Below are positions 8,753-18,594 of a DNA stretch of 64,000 nt, one piece after another; the first letter of the stretch is position 1; the number at the start of each line of letters is the position of its first letter. The notes below the pieces were generated by a model. The model saw only the letters and a program-made list of their open reading frames with translations. It had not been told where the DNA came from and did no database searches. The stretch comes from Limisphaerales bacterium (lineage in GTDB: Bacteria; Verrucomicrobiota; Verrucomicrobiia; Limisphaerales; AAA164-E04), in contig OZ245740.1 of assembly GCA_965227305.1 (NCBI GenBank), positions 1,107,371-1,171,370 of the forward strand. Reading direction: 5' to 3'. Made by a program: the position numbers and the translations under genes.

Positions 8753-11700
8753 ATGCTGGCGCTTCTGCTGACGATTGGCGGTCTACGGAGCGTGGCGCTC
8801 ACCGAGGGGCAAGTGGTGATCAATGAGATTCATTACCATCCCGCAGAGACTCTGGACGATCACGAATTCATTGAGCTTCACAATCCGACGAATCAGGCGA
8901 TTGATCTTTCGGGTTGGGAGCTGGAGGGAGCGGTTCGGTATCGATTCGACGACGGAGCGCAAATCCCTCGTGGCGGGTTCTTGGTCGTTGCGGGTAATCC
9001 GGCTGCATTGACCGACGCATTTGGCGTCACTGTTTTGGGGGCGTTCGACGGGCGTCTTTCGAATGACGGTGAGGTGCTGCGGTTGGAAGATGCCAATGGA
9101 GAACTCGTGGATGAGGTTGCCTACCAAGGGGGGTTCCCCTGGCCGACGGCAGCGGCTGGAGGCGGTGCTTCAATGGAATTAGTTCATCCCATGGCGGACA
9201 ATTCCCAGGGCGGGGCTTGGCGTTCTTCAGGATATGCCGATGTGCGTCCGCTAGAGCTTCGATTGGCGCAATTGCAGGTGGACCGACCGGAGTGGGGGCA
9301 ACCGTCCCCGGGGTTGCCCAACCGAAACTCTCAATCCGAGTCGCCGCCCTTGGTGGTTCGGGTCGAACACCTGCCGGTGCAGCCCACGAGTGCGGACGCT
9401 CTTACCATTGAGGTGCGTGTTCGAGATCTCGCGTCTGTCGCAGGCGTCACGCTTCAGGTGCAAGAGGTGGCTCCCGGTGCTTTTCAGCCCGCTTACTTGC
9501 CGCTCGCGATTCCGGTGTTGCGAGCGGAGCCGGATCGCGTGCCCGCGCTGAATCCCGCTTTCACAGATCCCAATTCTTGGAACACACATCGGATGACGGA
9601 TTTGGGCGAAGCGGGAGATCGTGTGGCTGGGGACGGTGTTTTCTCGGTTCGGTTGCCCTCGTTTGAAAACCGAACCTTGGTCCGGTATCGGATCGAAGTG
9701 GAACGTACAGATCCGTTGTTGGTACCCGTGATTGTTCCTTATGGTGATGATCCTTCGCTAAATTTTGCGTGCTTTGTCTACGACGGTGTTCCCGCGTATC
9801 CCACTACGATGCGTTCCATCTTGGAGGAAGGTGTGGGGGCGGTGCATTCCGCCGACGCTATGCGTTCGTTACCTGTGTATCATTTCTTGACCCGAGAGAA
9901 CGATTGGATGGTGTGCCATGGCTATGACCCGTTTGACCGGATTCAACTGGATCTCAAGGACGCACGGCGGGTGTTCAATTGGGAAGGAGCCTTTGTCTAC
10001 GAGGGCGTGGTCTATGATCATGTGGGGTATCGTTTGCGCCAGAACAACGATCGCTACAATCACCGCCAAGGGGGTAAGCGGGCGTTGCGATTTCGCTTTA
10101 ACCGGGCTCAGCACCTCCAGACTCGCAATGCGGCAGGCGAATTCTACACCGTACCTTGGCGGAGTCTGAATCTGAGTAAGATGATCGACGGTAAACAGAA
10201 TCAAACTTTTGGTCTGCCGGAGGCGATGAATTCCTGGCTTTGGAATCTGGTGGGTGTGCCGGCACCTCAGACGCACTACGTCCAGTTGCGGGTGGTCGAT
10301 GGCGCGGATGAAAATCCCGCGGGCGAAGAAGGCCAGTTTCATGGTGATTTCTGGGGGTTGTTCCTCGCTCTGGAAGACTATGATGCGGGGTTTGTGCGAC
10401 GGCACGGATTGCCCGATGGCAATTTGTATAAACTAAAGTCGTTCATCTTTGATGGGAATGAGCTCAAGCGGCACCAGGGGCGTGGTGCGACGGGCGGGGA
10501 TGAAGACTATCAGAACATCCGACACCACTTGCGACCGGAGCGGGATGCGGATTGGTTACGGAATCACGTCGATTTTTCGCGCTGGTACCGCTACCACACC
10601 GTCAATGAAGCCGTGCGACATTTTGACTACCTTCCGAATGATCGCTTTCAAAAGAACCGGGCCTGGTTTTTTGAACCGACGCCTCAGACGGAGCTTGGTC
10701 GTCTCTGGGTGTTACCGTGGGATTCGGATACTTCTTGGGGACCGAATTGGGGGACCGGTTTGGATTATCCCAAGCAGGCGATCTTTGGCTTTGGTGGGAA
10801 ACCGGTGTTCAAGACCGAGTATCGTAATTTTATTCGGACCTTTCGGGATCTGATTTGGACGCGAGAGAATATTGAGGCGCGTTTGGATGCGTTGACGGAT
10901 CGCATCCGTTTGTTGAGCCGGGCGGATCGCGATCGGTGGATCGATGCGCCGTTTGGGCCGCCGATTCCTTATGGGAGCCTGGCCGATAAAGTGGCGGACA
11001 TGAAGGCGTTTGCGTTTGAGGGTTGGATTCCTTGGGACGAACGGGATCCGCCGGTGCCGGCCGGGGGGCGAGCGCGCCACTTGGAGGAGCTGGCCCAAGC
11101 CGAAGGGGAAGGGGATTTGCTACCGCCACGTCCCGTAATCCGTTATGCGGGACCCGAGGGCTTCCCGCTGGGCGGGGAGTTTTTTCAGATCGAAACGCCG
11201 GGTCCGGTCGGCACAGCGGGAGGTAACTGGCTTTTTCGTTGGCGCTTGGCGGATCGGGATACAGCGGCAATGCGTGCGGACGGACGGCGACCGCAGTTGC
11301 CGGAGTGGCCCGGGTTGTGGGTTTCAGATTTGGCTGCGGTGAGTTCCGGTGAGTGGCGTTTGCCGTTGGGGATGACCGAGCCAGGCGTGCGGTATCGGGT
11401 TCGCGTTCAGCTCCTGGATCGGGAATTGCGGGAGGGGCGTTGGTCGGAGCCGTTTGACTGGGTCGCGGGATCGGTTGGTGAAACCGGCGTGGAATCCGCG
11501 GCACTTCGGGTCGTGGAAATTTTCTACAATCCGGGGGATGCGGAGAATCTAGAATTCATCGAGCTGATGAATGTCGGTGAGCGAAGTATCTGGTTGGGGG
11601 GGCTGGAACTACGTGGTGGGGTTGAATTCATACTGGCGTCCCAAGACGAACGCGCAATAGGACCGGGAGAACGAGTCGTCGTCGTGCGGGATCGAGAAGC

Positions 11701-12379
11701 TTTTTTGCAGACCTATCCGGGAACGCGGGAGCACGTTGTGGGGGCTTTTGCCGGGAAGCTCTCCAATGGGAGTGATGATTTTTCGCTTTGGTGGGGCGGA
11801 GAGCGTTTGCAAGACGTGGCCTACGATGATGACTGGTATCCGGAGACGGATGGTCTCGGCGCGAGTCTGGTTGGAGCCGGGGGAGACGGGACTCCGAATG
11901 CGACGAGTCGTAGTGCGTGGTTGCCGGGTAGTGTTTTGGGCGGTACTCCCGCCGGGATTTCGCAGTTGGGGGATCGGGATGCTGACGGGATCCGTGATGC
12001 CTGGGAGTTGGCGCAAGGACTGGACCCATTTGATGCTCGGGACGCGGGCCGGGTAGCGACTGATTTGGGGGAGAACTGGTTTCAACGCTGGGAGTCGAGT
12101 CAGTGTGAACGCTTCCGACGAGAGCGGTTCGAGATTGGGGTTGGTCGAGACGGGGATCAGATTGAGTTGCAAGTGTGTCCTCAGGGGGATCCAGAGTTGG
12201 ATGATTTGGCGTTCGTCCGAGAGGTTCGGTTTGAGAAACGGTCGACCCTAAACGCCGAGTGGGAGGCGTGTTCGCCGTGGGTGGCGGAGGATGGTTCGGG
12301 GGTTCGATTGCGAATTCCCGTGGCTGGATCGTCCGAACAAACGTTTTTCCGGGCGGTCATGCGTTTGCGGGATCGGTAG
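8753..12379 (+). CDS. Exported LTD - CotH kinase-family - LTD protein
   Basis: ORF 8609..12379. I place the start at ATG 8753 (MLALLLTIGGLRSVALTEG, signal-like); GTG 8732 is also possible. N-terminal lamin-tail domain: VVINEIHYHPAETLDDHEFIELHNPTNQAIDLSGWELEG..NDGEVLRLEDANGELVDEVAY. CotH core: LRFRFNRAQHL..WRSLNLSKMIDGKQNQTFGLPEAMNSWLWNLVGVPAPQTHYVQLRVVDG..GNLYKLKS. Second LTD: LRVVEIFYNPGDAENLEFIELMNVGERSIWLGGLELRGG. Asp-rich tail: GDRDADGIRDAWELAQGLDPFD. Divergent from the 8503 gene. Confidence 0.85.
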   Translation: MLALLLTIGGLRSVALTEGQVVINEIHYHPAETLDDHEFIELHNPTNQAIDLSGWELEGAVRYRFDDGAQIPRGGFLVVAGNPAALTDAFGVTVLGAFDGRLSNDGEVLRLEDANGELVDEVAYQGGFPWPTAAAGGGASMELVHPMADNSQGGAWRSSGYADVRPLELRLAQLQVDRPEWGQPSPGLPNRNSQSESPPLVVRVEHLPVQPTSADALTIEVRVRDLASVAGVTLQVQEVAPGAFQPAYLPLAIPVLRAEPDRVPALNPAFTDPNSWNTHRMTDLGEAGDRVAGDGVFSVRLPSFENRTLVRYRIEVERTDPLLVPVIVPYGDDPSLNFACFVYDGVPAYPTTMRSILEEGVGAVHSADAMRSLPVYHFLTRENDWMVCHGYDPFDRIQLDLKDARRVFNWEGAFVYEGVVYDHVGYRLRQNNDRYNHRQGGKRALRFRFNRAQHLQTRNAAGEFYTVPWRSLNLSKMIDGKQNQTFGLPEAMNSWLWNLVGVPAPQTHYVQLRVVDGADENPAGEEGQFHGDFWGLFLALEDYDAGFVRRHGLPDGNLYKLKSFIFDGNELKRHQGRGATGGDEDYQNIRHHLRPERDADWLRNHVDFSRWYRYHTVNEAVRHFDYLPNDRFQKNRAWFFEPTPQTELGRLWVLPWDSDTSWGPNWGTGLDYPKQAIFGFGGKPVFKTEYRNFIRTFRDLIWTRENIEARLDALTDRIRLLSRADRDRWIDAPFGPPIPYGSLADKVADMKAFAFEGWIPWDERDPPVPAGGRARHLEELAQAEGEGDLLPPRPVIRYAGPEGFPLGGEFFQIETPGPVGTAGGNWLFRWRLADRDTAAMRADGRRPQLPEWPGLWVSDLAAVSSGEWRLPLGMTEPGVRYRVRVQLLDRELREGRWSEPFDWVAGSVGETGVESAALRVVEIFYNPGDAENLEFIELMNVGERSIWLGGLELRGGVEFILASQDERAIGPGERVVVVRDREAFLQTYPGTREHVVGAFAGKLSNGSDDFSLWWGGERLQDVAYDDDWYPETDGLGASLVGAGGDGTPNATSRSAWLPGSVLGGTPAGISQLGDRDADGIRDAWELAQGLDPFDARDAGRVATDLGENWFQRWESSQCERFRRERFEIGVGRDGDQIELQVCPQGDPELDDLAFVREVRFEKRSTLNAEWEACSPWVAEDGSGVRLRIPVAGSSEQTFFRAVMRLRDR

Positions 12380-12383
12380 TTTT

Positions 12384-12685
12384 GGGCCGCCCTTACAGGG
12401 CTTGTGGGCTTTTTTGGGGGGATTCCCAGGGCGTTGCCCTGGGCTAGTATGAAGCGGACCTTCGGCCCTGATTCAAAAGCGAACCTTTGGCCCTGGTTCG
12501 AGCCGTAATTAGCACCAGCGGTGCGTACCCGTTTCAGCCCAGGGTGTTGCCTTGGGCTAGTATGATGCGGGCCTTCAGCCTTGAATTGAACCGTTTTCAG
12601 CGCCAACGGTGCGGGCCTGTATCAGCCCAGGGCAACGCCCTGGGAATCGCGTTTCTACTTTAATCTGAGCCCTGTAAGGGCGGCC
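12384..12685. repeat. Family-2 structured repeat cluster: nested inverted repeats enclosing two tandem ~110-bp units
   Basis: The outer arms gggccgcccttacagggct (12384-12402) and agccctgtaagggcggcc (12668-12685) are reverse complements. The next layer, gattcccagggcgttgccctggg (12421-12443) and cccagggcaacgccctgggaatc (12625-12647), is also inverted. Each contains the hairpin cccagggc-gtt-gccctggg. Direct units: cccagggcgttgccctgggctagtatgaagcggaccttcggccc (12427-) and cccagggtgttgccttgggctagtatgatgcgggccttcagcc (12537-). Confidence 0.85.
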
Positions 12686-12752
12686 GATTGCCACCGAATG
12701 TTTTCGGTGATTTCGAGGCGACAGAATGGCCGGATCTCATTAGGGTATCCCC

Positions 12753-14369
12753 ATGCGAAGCCTCTTAAATCTTGGTGTGGTGTGCTCGTTGGCGATGGGT
12801 CTGCCGATGGCGGCATGGAGCGGGCAGGAGAAACCGGCGCCTGCCTATCACGAATCCGTCCCGAAGCCGACCTTGAGTAACGTCCACTACGGGCCCGATG
12901 AGCGCCAGGTGTTGGACTTCTGGCAGGCCGACTCGGACAAACCCACTCCGGTGGCGTTTGTGATCCATGGCGGCGGTTGGGTGGGTGGTTCCAAAGAACG
13001 CCTGCATCGGTTTGTGGATCCCGGGGCGCTGCTCCATGCCAAGATCTCGGTGGTGGCCATCAATTACCGTTTGATTCCTCGTGGGAAAGATTCCCCGGTT
13101 CAGCCGCCGGTTCAGGCGCCTCTCCATGATGCCGCCCGGGCGCTTCAATTCGTCCGTAGTAAGGCTGAGGAGTGGGGTTTGGACTCGGAACGGATCGGGG
13201 CGGCGGGAGGATCTGCCGGTGCCTGTTCCAGTCTTTGGTTGGCGTTTCATGATGATTTGGCGGATGCGGACAGTGGGGATCCCATCGCTCGGGAATCCAC
13301 GCGTCTCTGGTGTGCCGCGGTCAACGGGGCTCAGACCTCGTTGGACCCGAAGCAGATGAAGGCTTGGACGCCGAATTCACGTTATGGTGGACACGCGTTT
13401 GGCTTTGGGAATTTTAGTGCGTTTCTGGAAGGGCGAGAATCCGTCTTGCCGTGGATCCGTGAGTATTCGCCGCTGGAGTGGGTGGATGCTGGCGATCCGC
13501 CGGTCTATTTGACTTACGGACGCCCTCCCGCCTTGGGGGAAGAGCAAAAGGACCCGACGCACACCGCCAACTTTGGACTCAAGCTCCAGGAGCGGTGCTC
13601 GGCTGAGGGCGTCTACTGTGAGTTGGTTTATCCCGGTGCCTTCGGTGTCACCCAGCCTACCACAACCGATTATTTGGTCGCGACACTGACTCAATCGCGG
13701 CAGCCCGAATGGCAACAGCTGTTTAACGGCAAGGACCTAACGGGATGGACGCCCAAGATTCGGTATCAGGATTATGGGGACGATCCGAAGAAGACGTTTC
13801 GCGTGGAGGATGGTGTGATCAAGGTGGGTTATGAAAACTACGATGCCTTTCGGGAAACCTTTGGCCACTTGTTCTACCAGACGCCGTATTCGAAGTATCG
13901 GCTTCGTGTGGAGTATCGTTTCTTGGGGAGCCAACTGCCTGACGGTCCGGGTTGGGCTTTCCGGAATAGCGGGCTGATGCTCCATGGCCAGGATCCCATG
14001 ACGATGGCAAAAGATCAGGACTTCCCGAATTCGATCGAAGTACAGTTACTCGGCGGAGGGGGGCAAGGGGAACGCAGCACGCTTAATCTTTGCACGCCCG
14101 GAACCGATGTGGTGATGAACGGAAAGTTGTTGAAGAACCATTGCATCAACTCGAGTTCGAAAACCTATCACGGCGACCAATGGGTAACGGCCGAGGTCTG
14201 GGTTGATGGTTCCAAGGGATTTAAGCACCTCATCGATGGTGAGGTGGTGTTGGAGTATCAGAGCCCACAGTTGGACGATGGGACTTTGTTGGAGTTCGGT
14301 TCGATTTCGCTCCAGAGCGAGAGCCACCCCTGCGAGTTTCGCAAGGTGGAACTGATGGTTCTGGAATAA
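12753..14369 (+). CDS. Exported alpha/beta-hydrolase (esterase/lipase, HGGG type) fused to a DUF1080 (3-keto-disaccharide hydrolase-like) domain
   Basis: 538-aa ORF with a signal-like N-terminus (MRSLLNLGVVCSLAMGLPMAAWS). Oxyanion motif FVIHGGGWVGG and nucleophile elbow GAAGGSAGA. The C-terminal half starts with the typical DUF1080 opening (WQQLFNGKDLTGWTPK..FRVEDGVIKV) and ends ISLQSESHPCEFRKVELMVL. Confidence 0.8.
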   Translation: MRSLLNLGVVCSLAMGLPMAAWSGQEKPAPAYHESVPKPTLSNVHYGPDERQVLDFWQADSDKPTPVAFVIHGGGWVGGSKERLHRFVDPGALLHAKISVVAINYRLIPRGKDSPVQPPVQAPLHDAARALQFVRSKAEEWGLDSERIGAAGGSAGACSSLWLAFHDDLADADSGDPIARESTRLWCAAVNGAQTSLDPKQMKAWTPNSRYGGHAFGFGNFSAFLEGRESVLPWIREYSPLEWVDAGDPPVYLTYGRPPALGEEQKDPTHTANFGLKLQERCSAEGVYCELVYPGAFGVTQPTTTDYLVATLTQSRQPEWQQLFNGKDLTGWTPKIRYQDYGDDPKKTFRVEDGVIKVGYENYDAFRETFGHLFYQTPYSKYRLRVEYRFLGSQLPDGPGWAFRNSGLMLHGQDPMTMAKDQDFPNSIEVQLLGGGGQGERSTLNLCTPGTDVVMNGKLLKNHCINSSSKTYHGDQWVTAEVWVDGSKGFKHLIDGEVVLEYQSPQLDDGTLLEFGSISLQSESHPCEFRKVELMVLE

Positions 14370-14391
14370 GTTCCCGCGCTGCTGCAATCGG

Positions 14392-15843
14392 CTACCGCTC
14401 GATCGCGTTTTCGGGGATCCAGGTGGTCTTATCCCGCTCTCGCTTGATCTGCCACGCGCGTTTGGCGCTTTGGGTTTGGGCGTCCGTGCGGTGATCGATG
14501 GGCCAATTGGGATCGGGGCGATGCGCGGCGATAAAGATGTTGCGGGCTTCGCTTACCAGATCCGGGCGGAAAGATGCCAAGTCAGTGGTTTCGCCGGAGT
14601 CGTTGTTCAGGTTGTAGATTTCAATCGGTTTATCGATGCCATTCCGAACCGCTTTGAATTGTCGGAACCGAGCGGCTTGCACGGGGCGATTGCCTAAGTG
14701 GAGTTCCCAGTAGAAGTAATCTCGTGCGGGTGCGCCGCCGCCTTTGAGATAGCTCAGTAGGGAGTGTCCGTCGGTTTCGTAGCCTTCTGGCGTGGTGGCT
14801 CCACTGAGTTCGACGAAGGTGGGGAGGAGATCCCAAAAAGCCCAGGGTTGCGCGTCGACTCTACCGGCGGGAACGGTGCCCGGCCACCACGCGAGGGCGG
14901 CTTGCCGGAGGGCGCCTTCGTACATGCCCCGCTTGTAGCCTCGGAGTCCGTTGCTCGCTTGATCGAAGCGTTTGCCGATTTCGGATTCCGGATTGAAGGA
15001 CGAGCCGTTGTCGCCCGAGAAGACGATGAGCGTGTTTTCGGCTATGCCGAGATCCTTCAGGGTATCCATCAGTTCGCCCATGTCGGTGTCCACCCGCGTG
15101 ACTTGGGCGGCGTAGGCCTTTTGTTTCTCGGTCCAGGGCTTGTCGGAGTAGATGCCGTAGTCATCGATTTCGTGCCGCCCATGCGGCAGGGTGATTGCGT
15201 AGAAGAGCATGAAGGGTTGCTCGGTGTAGTTTCGGAGCCACTGGATTAAATCTTTTTGGATGAGTTCTTGGGCGTAGGTTTCTCCCGTCGTGCGACCGTC
15301 ATTGCCTGGGAGTCGAAAGGGTTGGTCATCATCGTAGAGGTAGGTGGGAAAGTAGGAGTGGGCATGGCGTTGGCAATTGTAGCCGAAGAAATGATCCACG
15401 CCTTGTTGATGCGGGCTGCCCGTGGTGTTGAAGAAACCCATGCCCCATTTCCCGAAGGTGGCGGTGGCGTAGTTGGCGGCCTTGGCCACTTCGGCGATGG
15501 TCACGGTGTTCGCGGGGAGCGGCAGTTGGCCTTCGGGCGGGACTTCGTAGTTCCCGCGGATGGGACAATGGCCGGAGTGAAGGCCCGTGAAGAAGGAGGC
15601 CCGACTTGGGGCGCAGACGCTGGTGCCGCAGTAGGCTTGGAGATAGCGCGTGCCCTCGGCTGCCATTTGATCCAAGCGTGGGGTTTGAATCAACTCTTGG
15701 CCGTAGCACCCCAGGTCGCCTTGGGCGATGTCATCACTGAGGACAAAGATGAAATTCGGGGGCGACGCTTCGCCGGCACGAGGGGAAAGGAGGGGGACGA
15801 GTGCCGTCAGGGCGATCAGGATGAGTGGACTCGGGTTCTTCAT
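14392..15843 (-). CDS. Arylsulfatase-family (formylglycine-dependent) sulfatase
   Basis: ORF 14392..15942. I trimmed the start to ATG 15843 ([26 protein letters not shown], signal peptide). Sulfatase signature: [20 protein letters not shown] and [18 protein letters not shown] (C-x-P-x-R). Convergent with the hydrolase gene across a 22-bp gap. Confidence 0.9.
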   Translation of the reverse strand: MKNPSPLILIALTALVPLLSPRAGEASPPNFIFVLSDDIAQGDLGCYGQELIQTPRLDQMAAEGTRYLQAYCGTSVCAPSRASFFTGLHSGHCPIRGNYEVPPEGQLPLPANTVTIAEVAKAANYATATFGKWGMGFFNTTGSPHQQGVDHFFGYNCQRHAHSYFPTYLYDDDQPFRLPGNDGRTTGETYAQELIQKDLIQWLRNYTEQPFMLFYAITLPHGRHEIDDYGIYSDKPWTEKQKAYAAQVTRVDTDMGELMDTLKDLGIAENTLIVFSGDNGSSFNPESEIGKRFDQASNGLRGYKRGMYEGALRQAALAWWPGTVPAGRVDAQPWAFWDLLPTFVELSGATTPEGYETDGHSLLSYLKGGGAPARDYFYWELHLGNRPVQAARFRQFKAVRNGIDKPIEIYNLNNDSGETTDLASFRPDLVSEARNIFIAAHRPDPNWPIDHRTDAQTQSAKRAWQIKRERDKTTWIPENAIER

Positions 15844-16020
15844 TGCGACACTAAGGAACACGGTCCTGACGACGATCGCACCACGCGGTGTCGGCAGGAC
15901 GGGGTTACGCCCTGATCTTAGGACGAAGCGAAGAGACCTCAAAGGAAATCCCGCCGGATAGAGGTGTGATTGTATTGGGTGACGTGGTTACCCGAGAGTC
16001 GTCCTGAGGTCGGTTCCGGA

Positions 16021-16382
16021 AGGTGGGGCGAGCGTACCCGCGAGCCGTCGTCACGATGGCGATCGATCGACACATGCCGTTCGTGGCGCACGAAAAGCAT
16101 CCTTCCATGGAATTTTTTTGGAGGGCCGATAGTGGTGCGCCGTGATCCTTTTAGGTTTAGCGGATACACTCGTGCCGACAGCTCGCGGGTACCAGACCCT
16201 GTAAATAATCCCGTTGGCAACTCCATCGCGTTAGTCAAAGCGACAGCTCCGCTCTCGCACTCCAAATTTCGTCCGCAAATCGAGCGTTTTTTGGAGTGCG
16301 AGAGCGAAGCTGTCGCTTTCACACTCTCTTGCCTGCAGGGGGGAACGGACTTTTTACACGGTCTGGTACGCTCGCCCCACCT
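16021..16382. repeat. Composite nested inverted-repeat element (family-1 related modules), MITE-like, non-coding
   Basis: A perfect 18-bp inverted pair, aggtggggcgagcgtacc (16021-16038) and ggtacgctcgccccacct (16365-16382). Inside it lies a long near-perfect hairpin: aaagcgacagctccgctctcgcactccaaa (16238-) pairs with tttggagtgcgagagcgaagctgtcgcttt (-16320), about 30 bp with 1 mismatch. The module ggtggggcgagcgtacccgcgagccg recurs at 31266 and 31417. The gtaccagacc(c/g)tgtaaa module occurs at about 16189 and, inverted, at about 16352. Confidence 0.8.
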
Positions 16383-16453
16383 TTGGCTTCAAGCTTTGAG
16401 AGTCAGGAAGGCTCTTCGGTTTCGGATGCCCGATTCTTTAATCTATGCTGGGC

Positions 16454-17743
16454 CTAAGAATCAGCGGCTTGTTTGGCGAACACTCGGGAGAGGAGCTTGG
16501 CCACCATGGTGTCACCGAACAGGTTGGTTTGCGTGCGCAAGGCGTCTGAGATGAAATCGATCGAGGCGAAGAGGGCGATCATCACGGGGACTTGTTCGGC
16601 CTCGATCCCGAGTCCGAGCGAGACAGATACGGCCATGATGATGGATTTGAGGAGGGAAACGCTCGCTCCGGGGGCTGCTGCAGTGGCGATTGAGGCGGCC
16701 ATGACGGTGAAGCCAACCTCAAGGATGACGCCGAATGTGATATCGATCCCCAGGCTCTGGAGAATCACGCAGAGAACGACCATGATGTGGGCGCAGGTGC
16801 CGTCCATATTGACGGTCGCTCCAAAGGGGAAGATGAAGTTCCGAATGCTCTCGGGGATCCCGGCCTTTTCGGCGCACTGCATGGTCGTGGGGAGCGTGCC
16901 CATTGAGGAACGGCTGGCGACGGCTACCAGGTAGGCTGGGCTCATGATTTTGACATAGCCCCAGATCTGCGAGCGAAAGATCAGATACATGAGGATGAGG
17001 AGTGTGCCTTGATGGCCGGCGAGAGCGACCACGTCGGCGGCTAGGATCTTGCCCATCTTGCTCACGAGGAATCCAATCCCGTTCTCGCCGACGACGCTTA
17101 GGGACATCATGAAGACAGCAACCGGGAGCCAGAGGAGGACTCGTTTCATCCAAGCCATACAGAGGTCTTGCATGATTTCGAACATTTCGTTGAGGCGTCG
17201 CGTGGCGTTCGGGAGGAAAGGGACGAACAAGAACGCTTTTGCGGCCATGTAGGCGATCAGTCCCAGGAGTCCGACATCCGAATTTAACGGGGTGGTAAAA
17301 GGCGATTTGAGAAAGGCGATGGATTTCGCAAACCAGTCGGGAAAGCCGCTGGCATCGGCGACCTCAAAGGAAATGCCATTGCCAGGGGCAAGAATGACTC
17401 CGGCGAACGCGCCCCAACCGAGTGCGATTGAGGTGGTCAGGGCGAAGAAAAAGACGGCCGTCAGAGCGATCCCGACACTCTTGCTGTTCTTGGACACAGC
17501 GCACCAGACCGAGCTAGCGACCAAGGGATGGATGAAGAGGGTAAGGAGCCAGATAAAGAATCCTCCCAACCCCGAAGCGAGGGCAACCACGTAGGCGCCT
17601 GGACCGGAGAAGGCCGAGATTCGACAGAGTAGGCCGCTAAGCGAGCCCGCGATAAAGGCGATGGCCAGCGCTCGGAGGAGACGGCCGGGTTGGCTGTCGT
17701 CGACGCAGATGTTGCTGAGGATTGAGGATAGGAATTGCTTCAT
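16454..17743 (-). CDS. Dicarboxylate/amino acid:cation symporter (DAACS, GltP-like) family transporter
   Basis: 429-aa polytopic membrane ORF. Family-typical segments: SRSSMGTLPTTMQCAEKAGIPESI, FIFPFGATVNMDGTCAHI and IDFISDALRTQTNLFGDTMVA. Confidence 0.85.
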   Translation of the reverse strand: MKQFLSSILSNICVDDSQPGRLLRALAIAFIAGSLSGLLCRISAFSGPGAYVVALASGLGGFFIWLLTLFIHPLVASSVWCAVSKNSKSVGIALTAVFFFALTTSIALGWGAFAGVILAPGNGISFEVADASGFPDWFAKSIAFLKSPFTTPLNSDVGLLGLIAYMAAKAFLFVPFLPNATRRLNEMFEIMQDLCMAWMKRVLLWLPVAVFMMSLSVVGENGIGFLVSKMGKILAADVVALAGHQGTLLILMYLIFRSQIWGYVKIMSPAYLVAVASRSSMGTLPTTMQCAEKAGIPESIRNFIFPFGATVNMDGTCAHIMVVLCVILQSLGIDITFGVILEVGFTVMAASIATAAAPGASVSLLKSIIMAVSVSLGLGIEAEQVPVMIALFASIDFISDALRTQTNLFGDTMVAKLLSRVFAKQAADS

Positions 17744-17876
17744 GAATCGGACGGTCTTTGCCTCGGAGTGGAACAGAAAATCGAGATTGGTGCAGTAACA
17801 ACTGTTCGAATGGATTGTAAAAGGGTGCGTGGGCAGTGGGAACAGGAGCGAATCGGGCGCCGAATGTGGCCGAATG

Positions 17877-17975
17877 GGCCGCCCTTGCAGGGCTTGGATT
17901 ATTTTAGATCCGATTTCCCGGGGTGTCGCCCCGGGCTAGAATGGAGCGGACCTACGGCCCCGAGACCGTTTGGAT
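17877..17975 (+). repeat. Family-2 dispersed repeat, single unit
   Basis: gggccgcccttgcagggcttgg..tttcccggggtgtcgccccgggctagaatggagcggacctacggcccc aligns by eye with 12384-12480 (gggccgcccttacagggcttgtgg..attcccagggcgttgccctgggctagtatgaagcggaccttcggccc). The hairpin keeps pairing after substitutions (cccggggtgtcgccccggg). Confidence 0.8.
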
Positions 17976-18054
17976 CCCCAATACCTCGGTGGCATGATTG
18001 ATTTTTTTGACGAATTTGATGCAGGAGACGAATTCTGTGGCAGGCTCCGTTGTT

Positions 18055-18504
18055 ATGAGAATTCTTGAAGCAATTGGATTGATGGCTTTGGCACTGCTGG
18101 TCGGTAGTTCCGTGGCGGGTGCGGAAGACGCGAAAACATCCGACGGGAAGATTGTCGGAAGTTGGAAGATCGTTTCCGTCGAAGCGAACGGAGAGAAAAA
18201 GACGGGCGGCGATGTCACCATGGGGGCCGTCAAGTTTGATGACAAGAAACTCTATCTGGGCGAGGGCGAATTCTCCTTTGTGATGAACTACAAACTCGAC
18301 AAGTCCGCGTCGCCGCATCCCGTGACGCTGTCTATTGCGAGTAGCCCGTTTGGAGCTGATCCGACGCCCCATGCTGGACTAATTTCAGTAGAAGGAGATA
18401 CGATGAAGCTAATTTATGCGATGCCGGGTGAAGCCGCGCCCAAGGCGTTTAAGGCGCCTGCCGGTGGACGGTATCGGAACATGGTGCTGAATCGGGTGAA
18501 GTAA
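18055..18504 (+). CDS. Small exported protein, TIGR03067-type (PVC-restricted lipocalin-like family)
   Basis: ORF 17998..18504, trimmed to ATG 18055 (MRILEAIGLMALALLVGSSVAGA, signal peptide). Pattern GKIVGSWKIVSVEANGEKK..YKLDKSASPHPVTLSI..GLISVEGDTMKLIYA..PKAFKAP resembles the TIGR03067 family as I remember it. Confidence 0.6.
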   Translation: MRILEAIGLMALALLVGSSVAGAEDAKTSDGKIVGSWKIVSVEANGEKKTGGDVTMGAVKFDDKKLYLGEGEFSFVMNYKLDKSASPHPVTLSIASSPFGADPTPHAGLISVEGDTMKLIYAMPGEAAPKAFKAPAGGRYRNMVLNRVK

Positions 18505-18530
18505 TTTTTTTGACCCACTTGGGGTGAGTT

Positions 18531-18564
18531 GCCGTCCGGCTGGAGTGCCGGACGGCTTTTTTGT
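18531..18564 (+). terminator. Rho-independent terminator
   Basis: A perfect 10-bp GC-rich stem gccgtccggc/gccggacggc with the 6-nt loop tggagt, followed directly by ttttttgt. It starts 27 nt after the stop at 18504. Confidence 0.85.
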
Positions 18565-18594
18565 GGGGTACGCTTGCGCCACGTGACGCGGCGG

